64,000 bases of DNA, taken from contig JBLGBO010000009.1 in assembly GCA_047616865.1 (NCBI GenBank), positions 72,076-136,075 on the forward strand. Direction: 5' to 3'. The notes under the pieces are model-generated. The model worked only from the letters and a program-made list of their open reading frames with translations. It was not told the DNA's origin and made no database searches. Within the stretch, counting starts at the first letter, position 1. Each line of letters starts with the position of its first letter. Shown piece after piece: positions 1 through 11,551 of the stretch. This stretch comes from Oleispira sp. (GTDB taxonomy: Bacteria > Pseudomonadota > Gammaproteobacteria > Pseudomonadales > Oceanobacteraceae). A program made the position numbers and the translations under genes.

Positions 1-96
1 GGAATCGAACACTTTGAAATCGAATCCATTGCAACACTACCCAGTGGCATTAATTCAAATCAAATAATGGGAATAACTATTCTCAGTCCTGAATAA
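1..96 (+). CDS. 3' end of an upstream CDS (frame 1, stop taa at 94-96), probably the preceding gene of the minor-pilin operon
   Basis: Open frame from position 1 to the stop at 94-96, directly upstream of pilY1/pilE. Product not identifiable from 31 aa. Confidence 0.25.
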   Translation, partial: GIEHFEIESIATLPSGINSNQIMGITILSPE

Positions 97-145
97 AAAT
101 TTAATTAAACCCATCACCTTACTCCTGCTACTTAAGAGCATACTC

Positions 146-550
146 ATGAAAACTCGCCCATTATTACTATTGTTAATGCCATTTTTATATTGCAGTATAA
201 GCATCGCTGATATTGCCGATTTAAACATCGATAAAATAGATCCTGATAGAATAGATCCAACAATGCCTAGTGTTGTTTATCATATCAAACCCAAGGATTT
301 TTCGATTGCGTCATACCGCCAAGGAACTCCATCACATTTCAAATTAATACTGTGCCGCAGATGCAAAGAAAAAACATACCCGTTAAACCCTAAAGCTAAA
401 TTGACCTTTGACCAAAAAAAGATTACCCAGCACGAACTTGCTCTTATTGCGTTGAAAAAAGAATTTAATTACATCACTTTAGCAATTAATCGTCGCACTG
501 GACTCATAGATTCTTTTGCTTTTGATACTGTAAACAATACAGAAATTTAA
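146..550 (+). CDS. hypothetical small secreted protein (N-terminal signal peptide)
   Basis: 134-aa ORF with a hydrophobic N-terminus (LLLLLMPFLYCSISIA). It sits where pilX lies in Pseudomonas but has no prepilin GFTLIE motif. Confidence 0.35.
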   Translation: MKTRPLLLLLMPFLYCSISIADIADLNIDKIDPDRIDPTMPSVVYHIKPKDFSIASYRQGTPSHFKLILCRRCKEKTYPLNPKAKLTFDQKKITQHELALIALKKEFNYITLAINRRTGLIDSFAFDTVNNTEI

Positions 551-626
551 TTTCTAGTTAGTAGTAGCCTATATAAGTTTACTGCTATTAGTATTAATCC
601 AAACATATATCCAAGGAAGGATAAGA

Positions 627-3600
627 ATGAAAAAAATCATTCTCACATCACTGGCAATATTAGCTAATATTTTACCATTAATAAGTCAGGGCGATGATAC
701 AGAAATACACTTAGGTAATTCATTTACCGCGCTAGAGCCTAATGTCATTTTCATTATGGATACATCACTCAGCATGGGGGAATCTGTAGAAAACAGTACA
801 CGCCTAAAGATTGTAAAAGACATAGCAATTGATACCATTAAAAATACTAACAATATTAATATTGGCTTAATGAGTTTTAATGACATACAAGGGGCAACGT
901 TAAATCTAGCTCTCACTCCTGTCGCTAATGCCCGCACTGATTTTAATCTAATAATGAATGCCTATACTGCTGATGGCGGTACGCCTATTACCGAATCCCT
1001 CGATGAAGCACTACGCTATCTCAGTGGCGACAGCGTAAAATATGGTTCATCCGGCGCTGCTATAGCAATGAATTCCAGTAAAACGCAATATCAAAAACCC
1101 ATTGTGAATCAATGTCAAAAAAATCATATCATTCTATTCTCTGATGGCGCCCCAACCTATGATACATACTCTAATAGCGACATTCTCAGTAAGATAAACG
1201 CAAGCAATGATCCTCGAAAGGCTGAATTAACAAGCCTAGAAAATGAACAACGATGCTCAGCACCGACTGAATTTTCTTATCAAAATTACAAAGGCAAAAG
1301 GTTTACAAGCGGCTCTATTCTTTATAGGTATTCACATAAAAAATCATCAGGATCAAATAGATATGTTTACACTTATGATAGTGCAGGTGGTATCTGCGCC
1401 GAAGAGCTTGCTTTATTAGCTCAGGTCAATAATTTACATACTGATTCAACTATTCACCAAAATGTCACCATACATACCGTAGGGGGTTTTGTTGGTGGTG
1501 ACGCTTTAGATAAACTTAAAAATATTGCCAAATTTGGCTCCCCTTTTAATGATGTAAAACTTGCTGCTATCGATCCTAATAACCCTAGCGCGCCACGCCT
1601 ACTGATACCTTCAACTTATTATCCTGCTGACAATTCTGAAGAGTTAGCCAAACAACTAAAAATTCTTTTCACTTCAATAACAGACGAAGGCTCTACCTTC
1701 ACCGCTCCTGCCGTATCGGTCAATGCTTTTAATAGTCTGGAATTATCAGATGAGCTTTATTACGCATTATTTAAACCAAGCAAAAAATCTGATTGGCTCG
1801 GTAATTTAAAACGCTATCAACTCGAACAAACCAGCACTGGCACAGCCATAGTAGGCCAGGATGGACAACCCGTAATCGATGAGACAACGGCTTTTTTCAA
1901 GGCTTCAGCCATAAGTTTCTGGAGTGGTAACAACCCAGCTGCTGATGGCCTAGAAGTTTCAAAGGGGGGGATTGCGCAGCACCTAAATATTTCGCGTAAT
2001 ATCAAAACAATAAAAGAGGGGGCTTTGGTGAGCTTTTCATCCGCTAGTTTCACCAAGGAAGAATTAAACATCGAAGAGTCCGAAGCCTATCAACAGCGAT
2101 TATTATCCTGGGCACAAGGTATTGATATCGACTCCGGTCCTAATGCTGATGGATTAGATTCTGAGGGCAATATAATTCCACGCTTATCCATAGAAGATCC
2201 TTTGCATAGTGAACCAACTATAATCACTTATAGCTCAAATACTGATTCAAATGGTGACAGAACACAAAACCGTAGTCTTTTTTTGGGCACAAACAGCGGG
2301 TTTTTACATGCCTTTGATGTTAACGAACGCACTCCCAGAGAACACTTTGCTTTTATTCCTAAAGAACTATTACAAAACTTAAATCAATACTATTCTGGCG
2401 GCAGCTTTCATGATCATAAAACCTATGGCTTAGATGGCCCACTAACCCACTGGCATGACGATACTAACGACAATGGTCAGGTTGATAATAGTGAACAAGT
2501 CTATCTGTTTATTACCATGCGCCGCGGTGGCCAAAGCCTATACGCCTTAAATGTCACAAATCCTGATAGCCCTAGCTTATTATGGCAAAAACACGGTAAC
2601 TACCCAGCAGACTTTCCTAATAGACCAGCAGTTAGTATTGGCTACAATAACCTCGGCCAAACTTGGGGACGCTTAGAGCCCGCAACAGTTAAGTGGCAAG
2701 GGCAGCAAAGAGTCGTTCTATTTACCTCTGGAGGTTATGACCCCGCAGAAGATGGCACTTCGAGTGATGGCCCTAACAGTCGCATCGACCATACACTAGG
2801 CACTACTATTTATATGATTGATGCACTATCTGGCGCAGTTTTATGGGATGCTAATACTCACTCTGCTCCTGCCTCACCTGCTGAGTTCACTAACAGCTTT
2901 GCCGCTAATGTTTCACCTATTGATAGCAAGGGAGATGGGTTAGCCAACATAATCTTTGCCGCTGATACTGGCGGCCGTATTTGGCGCTTTGACATCAATG
3001 AGGACCATGTTTCCGGTGATCTGCAAACAGATTTTGCCAAATCAAGTCTTCTCGCCGACATAAACACAGGTAGTGGAGCAGGCAACCGCCGCTTTTTTAA
3101 TGAAATTGATGTAATTTATCGTAAAAAAGAAAAGGATATATTGTTAAGTGTTGGCTCAGGTTATCGTGCTCACCCACTAAGTTTAGTGGTCACTGACTAT
3201 CATTATATGATTCGCACACCTCTGATGAGTCCTGTTAATCACACAATAATACCAAGCGATCTCTTAAGTTGGGGTAGGCCTTCTGCGTATGGCTGGAAAA
3301 TTCCCCTGACCCAACCAGGGGAAAAGGTATTATCTCGCTCCAATACCTCAGCTAATACCACACTATTTACTACCTATGCCCCAAAATCAAATAATGCCGC
3401 TGACCTTTGCAGTTCTGATCCTGGTATTGCTACTTTATATTTATTAAATGACTCTGTGCATCGCTTTAGTCTAGTGCAAGCAGGAATTCCAGCTATGCCT
3501 ATCATAATACGCAATAAAGAGTCGAATAAAAAAGATGCGACTGCTTCATCTCGTAGTATTCTAGTCGGTACCGAAGTTGTGAAGCTATCACTACCCATAG

Positions 3601-3650
3601 GTAATGGTTATGATAATATGTCAAAAGACTACTGGCTGGAGAAGAACTAA
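627..3650 (+). CDS. pilY1: type IV pilus tip adhesin PilY1-like protein (N-terminal vWA domain with MIDAS DxSxS, C-terminal beta-propeller)
   Basis: 1007 aa with a signal peptide. Motif [11 protein letters not shown] is a vWA MIDAS. The size and a 1-nt stop/start overlap with the downstream pilin gene fit the PilY1-PilE arrangement. RBS aaggaagg at 613-620. Confidence 0.85.
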   Translation: MKKIILTSLAILANILPLISQGDDTEIHLGNSFTALEPNVIFIMDTSLSMGESVENSTRLKIVKDIAIDTIKNTNNINIGLMSFNDIQGATLNLALTPVANARTDFNLIMNAYTADGGTPITESLDEALRYLSGDSVKYGSSGAAIAMNSSKTQYQKPIVNQCQKNHIILFSDGAPTYDTYSNSDILSKINASNDPRKAELTSLENEQRCSAPTEFSYQNYKGKRFTSGSILYRYSHKKSSGSNRYVYTYDSAGGICAEELALLAQVNNLHTDSTIHQNVTIHTVGGFVGGDALDKLKNIAKFGSPFNDVKLAAIDPNNPSAPRLLIPSTYYPADNSEELAKQLKILFTSITDEGSTFTAPAVSVNAFNSLELSDELYYALFKPSKKSDWLGNLKRYQLEQTSTGTAIVGQDGQPVIDETTAFFKASAISFWSGNNPAADGLEVSKGGIAQHLNISRNIKTIKEGALVSFSSASFTKEELNIEESEAYQQRLLSWAQGIDIDSGPNADGLDSEGNIIPRLSIEDPLHSEPTIITYSSNTDSNGDRTQNRSLFLGTNSGFLHAFDVNERTPREHFAFIPKELLQNLNQYYSGGSFHDHKTYGLDGPLTHWHDDTNDNGQVDNSEQVYLFITMRRGGQSLYALNVTNPDSPSLLWQKHGNYPADFPNRPAVSIGYNNLGQTWGRLEPATVKWQGQQRVVLFTSGGYDPAEDGTSSDGPNSRIDHTLGTTIYMIDALSGAVLWDANTHSAPASPAEFTNSFAANVSPIDSKGDGLANIIFAADTGGRIWRFDINEDHVSGDLQTDFAKSSLLADINTGSGAGNRRFFNEIDVIYRKKEKDILLSVGSGYRAHPLSLVVTDYHYMIRTPLMSPVNHTIIPSDLLSWGRPSAYGWKIPLTQPGEKVLSRSNTSANTTLFTTYAPKSNNAADLCSSDPGIATLYLLNDSVHRFSLVQAGIPAMPIIIRNKESNKKDATASSRSILVGTEVVKLSLPIGNGYDNMSKDYWLEKN

Positions 3651-4186
3651 TGCGTATACAGAATAAAGGCTTTACACTAATCGAACTAATGATTGTCGTG
3701 GCCATCATCGGCATTTTAGCGGCTGTAGTAATGCCTGGTTACCGCCATTACGTACTAGAAAGCCAAAGAACCGATACGCAGGGTAAAATGTTACAAATGG
3801 TTGAACTGCAGGAACGCTTTTTCATTGATAACTTTCGATATACGACAGATTTAGATGGCGGTCCTAATGTAGGCCTTGGCTATGCCACAGACCCTGTCGT
3901 CATCAGCTATGGCGGAAACCCAGCATTTAATATTCAAGCATTTACTTGCGGAGATGCAACTATCTACCCTGATGCCCCCGATATTTCTAGATGCTTTTTA
4001 CTCGTCGCAATTCCTCAAGGTGACCAAGTGAATGATGGTGGTTTAATGATCGATAGTCGCGGTCGTAAAATACATGATTTTGCCAGCATCCAGCCAAGAG
4101 ACTGGAACGACAATGATTTAGGAGCAACTGACGCAGAAAGAGCGGCCGCTTGTCCTGAATGCGCTTTATTTCCAAACGCAGAGTGA
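3650..4186 (+). CDS. pilE: type IV pilin PilE/FimT-like minor pilin
   Basis: The N-terminus [19 protein letters not shown] is the class III prepilin cleavage/methylation motif. 178 aa. Confidence 0.85.
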   Translation: MRIQNKGFTLIELMIVVAIIGILAAVVMPGYRHYVLESQRTDTQGKMLQMVELQERFFIDNFRYTTDLDGGPNVGLGYATDPVVISYGGNPAFNIQAFTCGDATIYPDAPDISRCFLLVAIPQGDQVNDGGLMIDSRGRKIHDFASIQPRDWNDNDLGATDAERAAACPECALFPNAE

Positions 4187-4195
4187 TTTAAAACC

Positions 4196-4250
4196 AAAAA
4201 AGCCCGCACTTTATTCCTAATCTAACAAAGAATAAAATGCGGGCTTTTTC
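4196..4250. terminator. bidirectional intrinsic terminator between pilE (+) and ispH (-)
   Basis: Arms aaaaagcccgcac ... atgcgggcttttt flank a long loop and are followed by a T-run. The genes on either side converge. Confidence 0.5.
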
Positions 4251-4276
4251 TTTATCTAGCTTACAAACTAATTAAA

Positions 4277-5224
4277 TTAGTCTATCTCAACAAGCTTAAG
4301 CTCTTTCGGCAAAGAAAACACAACATTCTCTTCCTGCCCTTGCAGCTCTTCAGGCACTTCACCGCCCCACTCTTTCAAGCGATCAACCACCGACTGTACA
4401 AGTACTTCAGGAGCCGAAGCGCCGGCTGTAATACCAATACTTTCCACACCGTCTAGCCATTCTTTTTGAATCTCTTCAGCGTTATCAATTAAGTACGCTT
4501 TTGCTCCCATGCGCTCACCCAGTTCGCGCAAGCGATTAGAGTTAGAGCTATTTGGCGAACCTACTACCAATAATAATTCAGTACCTGCTGCCAATACTTT
4601 CACTGCGTCTTGGCGATTTTGCGTGGCGTAACAGATATCGTCTTTGCGTGGCCCTTCAATTTTTTCAAACTTAGCGCGTAGAGCTTCAATCACTCTTGCG
4701 GTATCGTCCATGGAAAGCGTCGTTTGCGTGACGTAATACAGTGCTGCTGGATTGTTAACCTCCAACGCAGCCACATCTTTTTCATCTTCAACCAGATAAA
4801 TATTGCCGCCATTAGAATGGTCGTACTGACCCATAGTACCTTCAACTTCTGGATGGCCTTTATGGCCAATCAAAATGCATTCACTGCCATCAGCGCTATA
4901 ACGGCTAACTTCTAAATGTACTTTGGTCACTAGCGGGCAGGTTGCATCAAATACTTTTAAGCCGCGATCAGTCGCTTCATTGCGCACGGTTTGTGAAACA
5001 CCATGGGCTGAAAAAATAACGATACTATCGTCTGGCACTTCGTGTAGCTCATCCACAAACACTGCGCCGCGTTCACGTAAGCCATTAACCACAAATTTGT
5101 TATGCACCACTTCATGGCGAACATAAATGGGGGGCTCGAATAAATCCAGCGCACGATTTACGATATCAATTGCGCGATCAACACCCGCACAAAAACCTCT
5201 AGGGTTCGCCATTTTTATTTTCAT
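4277..5224 (-). CDS. ispH: 4-hydroxy-3-methylbut-2-enyl diphosphate reductase
   Basis: N-terminus [15 protein letters not shown]...VRHEVVHN is the LytB/IspH signature. Conserved ispH-fkpB-lspA-ileS-ribF operon order. Confidence 0.95.
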   Translation of the reverse strand: MKIKMANPRGFCAGVDRAIDIVNRALDLFEPPIYVRHEVVHNKFVVNGLRERGAVFVDELHEVPDDSIVIFSAHGVSQTVRNEATDRGLKVFDATCPLVTKVHLEVSRYSADGSECILIGHKGHPEVEGTMGQYDHSNGGNIYLVEDEKDVAALEVNNPAALYYVTQTTLSMDDTARVIEALRAKFEKIEGPRKDDICYATQNRQDAVKVLAAGTELLLVVGSPNSSNSNRLRELGERMGAKAYLIDNAEEIQKEWLDGVESIGITAGASAPEVLVQSVVDRLKEWGGEVPEELQGQEENVVFSLPKELKLVEID

Positions 5225-5226
5225 AA

Positions 5227-5694
5227 TTAAGCGTCCACCGCCAGAATTTGAACTTCGAACTCTAGATCTTTACCGGCTAAAGGATGATTAAAATCAACCA
5301 CCACATAATCACCTTCAATCGATTTAATCACGCCCGGCAATTCTGCTTTCGCAGCATCAGCAAAAGAAACAACTAGGCCAGGAGATAAAGGCATATCAAC
5401 AGCAAAGCTAGAGCGTTTCATTTCTTGAATGTTTTGCGGATTTGTTTGACCAAATGCTTTTTCTGCTGGCACAGTGAAGGTTTTATGATCGCCAGTTGTC
5501 AGGCCAATTAAAAACTCTTCGAAGCCTGGTAATAAGTTGCCATCGCCTAATACAAACTCAGCAGGCTTGGTCTTAAAGGTTGAATCAACTTCGTCTTTTT
5601 TACGTGTGCCATCCGTTGCAATACCTTCCATACGTAAGGCAAAGTGCATAGAGACTTTAGAATCGGCTGCAATCGTTTGGATAAAATTAGACAT
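5227..5694 (-). CDS. fkpB: FKBP-type peptidyl-prolyl cis-trans isomerase
   Basis: 155 aa with FKBP-domain motifs, positioned between lspA and ispH as in E. coli and Pseudomonas. Confidence 0.85.
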   Translation of the reverse strand: MSNFIQTIAADSKVSMHFALRMEGIATDGTRKKDEVDSTFKTKPAEFVLGDGNLLPGFEEFLIGLTTGDHKTFTVPAEKAFGQTNPQNIQEMKRSSFAVDMPLSPGLVVSFADAAKAELPGVIKSIEGDYVVVDFNHPLAGKDLEFEVQILAVDA

Positions 5695-6242
5695 TATTTT
5701 TCACCTTCTTTGTTCAGGTTTTTTTCTGCTATAGCGGCAGCCGCTTTTTCTCTACGGGCTTCAAATACCACGTCTAAACCTAGCATAACAGCACCAATGG
5801 TTATGGCACTATCAGCTATATTAAAGGCAGGGAAATATGAACCTGACCAATGCACAGAAATAAAATCAATCACGTGGCCATATACCAAGCGATCAAATAA
5901 ATTGCCCAATGCACCACCTAAAATAAGCGTTAGCGCAACCGCTAACCATTTATTTTCACGCGGTAGCTTATACAACCAGGCAATTAGCATAGTACTAACA
6001 CCGGCCGCTATAGCAGTAAAAAACCAACGCTGCCAGCCATCTTCACCCGCTAAAAAACTGAAGGCCGCACCAGGGTTATAAAGCAAGGTCAAATCAAATA
6101 CCGGTAGAATCGGTACAGGCTGACCATAGCTTAAAAAGTTTTCTGCTAGTTGCTTAGTAATCAAATCGAACGCAATCACGAAGACCGATAACCACAACCA
6201 AATTAGGGCTGAGGGTTCCCCAGCCTTACGTTCTTGGTTCAT
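5694..6242 (-). CDS. lspA: lipoprotein signal peptidase II
   Basis: Multi-TM protein with LspA motifs (FNIADSAI). Start moved to the internal Met (MNQERK...) so it does not overlap the ileS stop. Confidence 0.9.
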   Translation of the reverse strand: MNQERKAGEPSALIWLWLSVFVIAFDLITKQLAENFLSYGQPVPILPVFDLTLLYNPGAAFSFLAGEDGWQRWFFTAIAAGVSTMLIAWLYKLPRENKWLAVALTLILGGALGNLFDRLVYGHVIDFISVHWSGSYFPAFNIADSAITIGAVMLGLDVVFEARREKAAAAIAEKNLNKEGEK

Positions 6243-6264
6243 TTTAATACTCTCATCGTTTGTA

Positions 6265-9231
6265 TTAAGCGAAATGACGCACTTCGCCATCCCCCGCAAT
6301 ATTCGTTACACAACGGCTGCATAAAGTCGCATGTTCAGGATGCAAACCAACCGTCACATTGTGATGCCAGCAACGCTCGCATTTAATCGCCGTTGATGCA
6401 GAAAGCGATAAACGCAAACCACTAACATCTGTTTTTTGAGTCGTTGCTTCATCTGCAGAAGCTAACGTTTGAACATCGGCTGTTGAAGTAATTGTTACAA
6501 AGCGAAGTTCTTCACCTAGCTTTTCTAACTGAGTTTTTAATGCGTCATCGGCATATAAAGTGATATCAGCAGCTAAGCTTGAACCGACTTTCTTTTCAGC
6601 ACGGGCTTCTTCTAATATTTTATTCACAGCAGTTTTAACCGCCATAATTTGACGCCAGTAAGCATCATTTAGACTCAAGTCTTTAACTTCAGGAAGCTCA
6701 TACCATTCAGCAAGAAGCACTGATTTTTCACGTTCACGCTCATTGCCTTCAGCATCGACCGCAACCGGTAAAACATCCCAAATTTCTTCAGCAGTGAAAC
6801 TCAGCACTGGAGCAACCCAACGTACCATCGCTTCCGCAATATGGTACAAGGCCGTCTGCGCACTACGACGCGCGAGGCCATCAGCCTTACAGGTGTACTG
6901 GCGATCTTTAATAATATCTAGATAGAAAGCACCCAGTTCACCGACACTGAAGTTCATCAACAGCTTGGTCAAACCACTGAAGTTATAATCGCTATAAAGC
7001 TCTTTTACCTGCTTATCGATGTTCACTGCGCGATCTAAGATCCAAGCATCCAACGGCAACATATCTTCTACCGCAACCAAATCCGTTTTAGGATTAAAGC
7101 CAGCAATGTTGGCTAATAAGAAGCGACAAGTATTACGAATACGACGATAAGCATCGGCGTTACGTTTTAAAATTTCATCAGATACTGTCATCTCAGTGCT
7201 GTAGTCGGTATCGGCTACCCACCAGCGTAAAATGTCAGCGCCAAGTTTATCCATCACTTCGATAGGCGATACGGTATTACCGATCGACTTCGACATCTTG
7301 CGACCTTTCGCATCAACGGTAAAACCATGCGTCAAAGCGGTTTTATAAGGCGCTTGACCTTTCGCTGCAACCGAGGTCAATAATGACGACTGGAACCAAC
7401 CACGGTGTTGATCTGAACCTTCCAGATACAAATCAGCAGGAGAGCGCAAACCATCACGCTCATCCAACACAGCTGCGTGAGTCACACCCGAGTCAAACCA
7501 TACGTCTAATGTATCAGTTACTTTTACATAATTTTCAGCGTCTTCATCGCTAAGAAGATCTTGTACTTCTAATTCAAACCAAGCATCAATGCCTTTTTCT
7601 TCGACCTTTAACGCAACTTTCTCGATTAAGGCTTGGCTATCTGGATGCAGTGCGGAGGTTTCTTTGTGAACGAATAAGGCAATTGGCACCCCCCAAGTAC
7701 GCTGACGAGAAATACACCAATCAGGACGGCCATTCATCATGCCTTCGATACGGGCTTTACCCCAAGTTGGACGCCATTCGATATCATGTTCAACCGCGTG
7801 CATCGCTTGTGATAATAAAGACGTTTCCGCATTTTTAGATTCCATGGCGATAAACCACTGCGGCGTCGCACGGAAAATAATCGGCGTTTTATGGCGCCAG
7901 CAATGTGGGTAGCTGTGCTCGATTTTTAATTTCTTAATCAAAGCACCCTTCTCGCCAAGGATACCCAATACGCGGAAATTACCTTTATCGGCAACTGACA
8001 AGCCCGCAAGCTCTAGGCTTTCTAATTCTGGGCTATTGATGAAAGTCCCTTCTGCACTCACCAACATAGTTTCAGAGAAAATACCGTAGTGATTACATAC
8101 AACATAATCGTCTGCACCGTGCATAGGTGCAGTGTGAACAGAACCCGTACCTGCATCGGCCGTTACGTGAGTGCCTGTAATTACACGTACTTGCTTAAGA
8201 TCGTTTCCATTTTTTCCTGGCATAAATGGATGATTAACTTTCATTGTACTGTTTCTGGAATCATCTAATGTCCAGCCAAAATCTGCACCCTTAGCGTTAG
8301 CAATTACTTTAAAGTCTGTAATGCCATAACGACCCATCGCATCTTCAACAAGAGCCGTTGCCAGAACTAGTATTTCATCACTCTCAGCCAAATAGACTAA
8401 GGAGTATTCTAATTCTGGATGAACCGAAACCGCTTCGTTAGCAGGCAACGTCCAAGGCGTAGTAGTCCAAATAACAATGCTTGTTTTTCTACCGATATAG
8501 CTTTCTTCTGGCTCTACAAATGTAAAACGGTCACGAATATCATGTGAATTTGTAAATTCAAACTTCACATCAATGGCGATCGACTTTTTGTCTTGGTACT
8601 CAACTTCCGCTTCCGCCAATGCAGAACCACAATCCATACACCAGTTAACGGGCTTAAAGCCTTTTTCTAAATGGCCGTTGTCGGCAATTTTACCCAAGGT
8701 ACGAATGATGTTGGCTTCGAATTTGAAGTCCATGGTTAGGTAAGGATTTTCCCAATCACCTAATACCATCAAACGCTTAAAACCTTCACGCTGGCCATCA
8801 ACTTGCTTGGCCGCGTATTCACGACAATGTTGACGAAACTCAGCCGGAGTCACTTTATCCCCAGCTTTGCCAACCAATTCTTCAACTTTTAATTCAATCG
8901 GTAAACCGTGGCAATCCCAACCAGGAACATACGGTGCATCAAAGCCAGACATCGTCTTCGACTTAATGATGATATCTTTTAATACCTTGTTTACAGCGTG
9001 GCCAATGTGAATATCACCGTTCGCGTACGGAGGGCCATCGTGCAAAATAAACTGTTCACGACCAGAGCGAGCATTTCGAATTTTTTGGTACAAGCCCATA
9101 TCTTGCCACTGAGCTAACAATTCAGGCTCACGCTTCGCCAAATTTCCACGCATCGGGAAATCAGTTTCTGGCAAGTTTAATGTCGCCTTGTATTGGCTCT
9201 CTACTTTTCCCGCTTGGTCTTTATTGCTCAT
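6265..9231 (-). CDS. ileS: isoleucine--tRNA ligase
   Basis: 988 aa with the HIGH motif ([12 protein letters not shown]), KMSKS, and a C-terminal zinc finger CxxC...CxxC. Confidence 0.97.
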   Translation of the reverse strand: MSNKDQAGKVESQYKATLNLPETDFPMRGNLAKREPELLAQWQDMGLYQKIRNARSGREQFILHDGPPYANGDIHIGHAVNKVLKDIIIKSKTMSGFDAPYVPGWDCHGLPIELKVEELVGKAGDKVTPAEFRQHCREYAAKQVDGQREGFKRLMVLGDWENPYLTMDFKFEANIIRTLGKIADNGHLEKGFKPVNWCMDCGSALAEAEVEYQDKKSIAIDVKFEFTNSHDIRDRFTFVEPEESYIGRKTSIVIWTTTPWTLPANEAVSVHPELEYSLVYLAESDEILVLATALVEDAMGRYGITDFKVIANAKGADFGWTLDDSRNSTMKVNHPFMPGKNGNDLKQVRVITGTHVTADAGTGSVHTAPMHGADDYVVCNHYGIFSETMLVSAEGTFINSPELESLELAGLSVADKGNFRVLGILGEKGALIKKLKIEHSYPHCWRHKTPIIFRATPQWFIAMESKNAETSLLSQAMHAVEHDIEWRPTWGKARIEGMMNGRPDWCISRQRTWGVPIALFVHKETSALHPDSQALIEKVALKVEEKGIDAWFELEVQDLLSDEDAENYVKVTDTLDVWFDSGVTHAAVLDERDGLRSPADLYLEGSDQHRGWFQSSLLTSVAAKGQAPYKTALTHGFTVDAKGRKMSKSIGNTVSPIEVMDKLGADILRWWVADTDYSTEMTVSDEILKRNADAYRRIRNTCRFLLANIAGFNPKTDLVAVEDMLPLDAWILDRAVNIDKQVKELYSDYNFSGLTKLLMNFSVGELGAFYLDIIKDRQYTCKADGLARRSAQTALYHIAEAMVRWVAPVLSFTAEEIWDVLPVAVDAEGNEREREKSVLLAEWYELPEVKDLSLNDAYWRQIMAVKTAVNKILEEARAEKKVGSSLAADITLYADDALKTQLEKLGEELRFVTITSTADVQTLASADEATTQKTDVSGLRLSLSASTAIKCERCWHHNVTVGLHPEHATLCSRCVTNIAGDGEVRHFA

Positions 9232-9303
9232 TTTTCTTCCAACTATAATTCGCCGCTAGGCTCTTATGTTTTAAAATTTAATTCTGTGTAGTCGTTGCTG
9301 CGC

Positions 9304-10278
9304 TTAGGAAAAAAATTCCCGAGCAACGGTCATATCTTGGGCGATGGCCGCTTTCAGCTCATCCAAACCCTTAAACTTTTTTTCTTCACGAATTTTCTGG
9401 CAAAACTCAATACTTAAACGCTTACCATATAAGTTTTCATCCCCTCCCAAACTAGGAAAGTCAAAAACGTGAACTTCTAACGATGGCTCTGGTGTACCAG
9501 CAACCGTAGGTTTAACCCCAATATTAGCCACACCTTGCCACTCTTTAATCCTACCCGCTTGATCAAGTGCTGGGCTTTCATGGCAATCGGCTACGCTAAT
9601 TTCCATCACTTTCACCGCATAAACCCCGGTCATAGGCAATTTATTACGCTGCAAAATCACATTTGCCGTGGGCACTCCAATCGTGCGCCCCAACTGACGG
9701 CCATAGCCAATACGGCCACTCATTCGATAAGGGCGACCCAATAACGTACCCGCCGTACCTAAATCATTAGCGCTTAAACATTCTCGAATTCGAGTACTGC
9801 TTACTCGCTGACCTTCTAACTCGAAGGTTTTGGTATCTTCAACGCTAAAGCCAGCTTGCTGCAAGAGCTGATAATCACCGGTACGGTCGCAACCAAAACG
9901 GAAATCATCACCCACAATTAAGTGACTAATTTTTAGCCCATCCAGCAAGATCGTCTGAATAAACTGATCGGCACTCATCGAACGTAGTTTTTGGTTAAAC
10001 GGCAAACACAATACATAGTCAACGCCAAAACTGGCGAGGTCTTGTAACTTCTCGCTCATATTAGCAAGACGCGCAGGGGCTTGGTCCGGTGCAAAAAACT
10101 CACGCGGTTGAGGCTCAAACATCATCACTACCGTCGGTAGCCGATGCTCTTCACCCTGTTTTTTCAGCTGTTGTAAAATTGCCTGATGCCCTAAATGAAC
10201 ACCATCAAAGTTGCCGATAGTAGCAACACAGCCGGAAAAGTCGGATGGAATGTTGTATAACCCACGAATAAGGCGCAT
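9304..10278 (-). CDS. ribF: bifunctional riboflavin kinase / FMN adenylyltransferase
   Basis: The N-terminus GNFDGVHLGHQ is the FAD synthetase motif. 324 aa, upstream of ileS. Confidence 0.95.
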   Translation of the reverse strand: MRLIRGLYNIPSDFSGCVATIGNFDGVHLGHQAILQQLKKQGEEHRLPTVVMMFEPQPREFFAPDQAPARLANMSEKLQDLASFGVDYVLCLPFNQKLRSMSADQFIQTILLDGLKISHLIVGDDFRFGCDRTGDYQLLQQAGFSVEDTKTFELEGQRVSSTRIRECLSANDLGTAGTLLGRPYRMSGRIGYGRQLGRTIGVPTANVILQRNKLPMTGVYAVKVMEISVADCHESPALDQAGRIKEWQGVANIGVKPTVAGTPEPSLEVHVFDFPSLGGDENLYGKRLSIEFCQKIREEKKFKGLDELKAAIAQDMTVAREFFS

Positions 10279-10351
10279 ACCGCAGATAAACCCCGCCTAA
10301 AATAACTGCGGGATTATAGCGACTTGACTAGCAAGTGAACAGGGCTTTTGA

Positions 10352-11497
10352 CTACTGACCGATGCTACGCATAAACTCTAATCGCTGTTCTGTCATCGGG
10401 TCTTGATAAGGAATAGACTGAAAGTCGTCTAAATTTACCCTCTCAACCTCATAGCTTTCATCAGCCATGCCATAAGCTTCAGCCATTCCCGGACGCTCTG
10501 ATTTCTTTATCAGAGTAATGCCCTGTAGTCGAAACGGTCCGCTAAAGCCTTTATCTCGTAATACCAGACCTTGAACTCTGGCATCTAAAGTATGTGAACC
10601 ACTGCTTAAACGTTGCTTGGCAATCAAATAACTGACCGCTGAATTCGTAGCCAGATCAAATAAACTGGCCGAGACTTGATAATAACCCCCGTCATCAACA
10701 TCAATATTGATGGGAATAATCAAATCGTTATCCTCAATTCGATTAACGCCCAAACCAACAACCCGAGCGACCTGAGTCACCAGCTGTATGGGAGCACTCT
10801 GAATAACTGGCGAATCACCATTAAAACGGACGCTAACGACAATCGAATAATCCTTTTCGTCAAAACTCGCGAGCTCACTACTCAGATCGATGCTGGCCTG
10901 AATACTGCGTTCCCCCTGCTGATCATTAGTCTGCAAAATTTTTAATGGCCAGCTTTGCTTACTTTTAGTCGACCTCAAATACGCCTCAAGCTTACTGAGG
11001 TTTTTCAAGCCTGCTACGGAAGACGTAATAATAATCTCGACTTCGACATTCTCAGCCGTCGAAAAACGATATTTAGTAGGCTTAATTAAAATACTAATAG
11101 TTTCGTCTAAAACGTCATAAGCCCTAGGACTTTCATGGCTTTGATTGGGATTAATAAGGTCTGTTTGTTCTGCAGAAAGGAATAACGAATAAGGAGCATA
11201 TTGAGAACGCTGCTCATAGATATCAGCCACACGCTGCATCTCGTGCTGCATTCCTCTTTCAACCGATACTTCTTTAGCTGGCTTTGGTGGCAATGTTTGC
11301 GCGCTAGCCGCTGGCTTAGCAACGATCTCAGCGTTGCCAGGCAAAAGCTCAACCCTTTTGTCGACATCTGCAATCACAATGGCTGTTGCAAGCGGTGGAG
11401 TCTCTTTAGCAGGCCAAAACACAACCGCTAATAGGATCACCGAGCTAAGCATAAGCAACGCCTTACGCTTGTCTAATTCCATCTTTTTTACCTCCAA
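10352..11497 (-). CDS. hypothetical membrane-anchored protein (N-terminal TM helix, large extracytoplasmic domain)
   Basis: 381 aa with one N-terminal TM segment (LLMLSSVILLAVVFW). No recognisable catalytic motif. Co-oriented immediately downstream of the secreted hydrolase gene. Confidence 0.5.
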   Translation of the reverse strand: MEVKKMELDKRKALLMLSSVILLAVVFWPAKETPPLATAIVIADVDKRVELLPGNAEIVAKPAASAQTLPPKPAKEVSVERGMQHEMQRVADIYEQRSQYAPYSLFLSAEQTDLINPNQSHESPRAYDVLDETISILIKPTKYRFSTAENVEVEIIITSSVAGLKNLSKLEAYLRSTKSKQSWPLKILQTNDQQGERSIQASIDLSSELASFDEKDYSIVVSVRFNGDSPVIQSAPIQLVTQVARVVGLGVNRIEDNDLIIPINIDVDDGGYYQVSASLFDLATNSAVSYLIAKQRLSSGSHTLDARVQGLVLRDKGFSGPFRLQGITLIKKSERPGMAEAYGMADESYEVERVNLDDFQSIPYQDPMTEQRLEFMRSIGQ

Positions 11498-11551
11498 TAA
11501 AAAAGGGATGATTAGATCATCCCTTTAAGAGCCACTATCTAACAATAGTCG

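Noticed and set aside
10352-11497. Lipase-specific foldase (Lif/LipH) assignment for the 381-aa membrane-anchored protein
   Set aside because: Lif proteins are strongly alpha-helical, Ala/Glu/Arg-rich, and carry an Rx2FDY(F/C)L(S/T)A motif. This protein looks beta-rich and lacks the motif, so only the positional analogy is noted.
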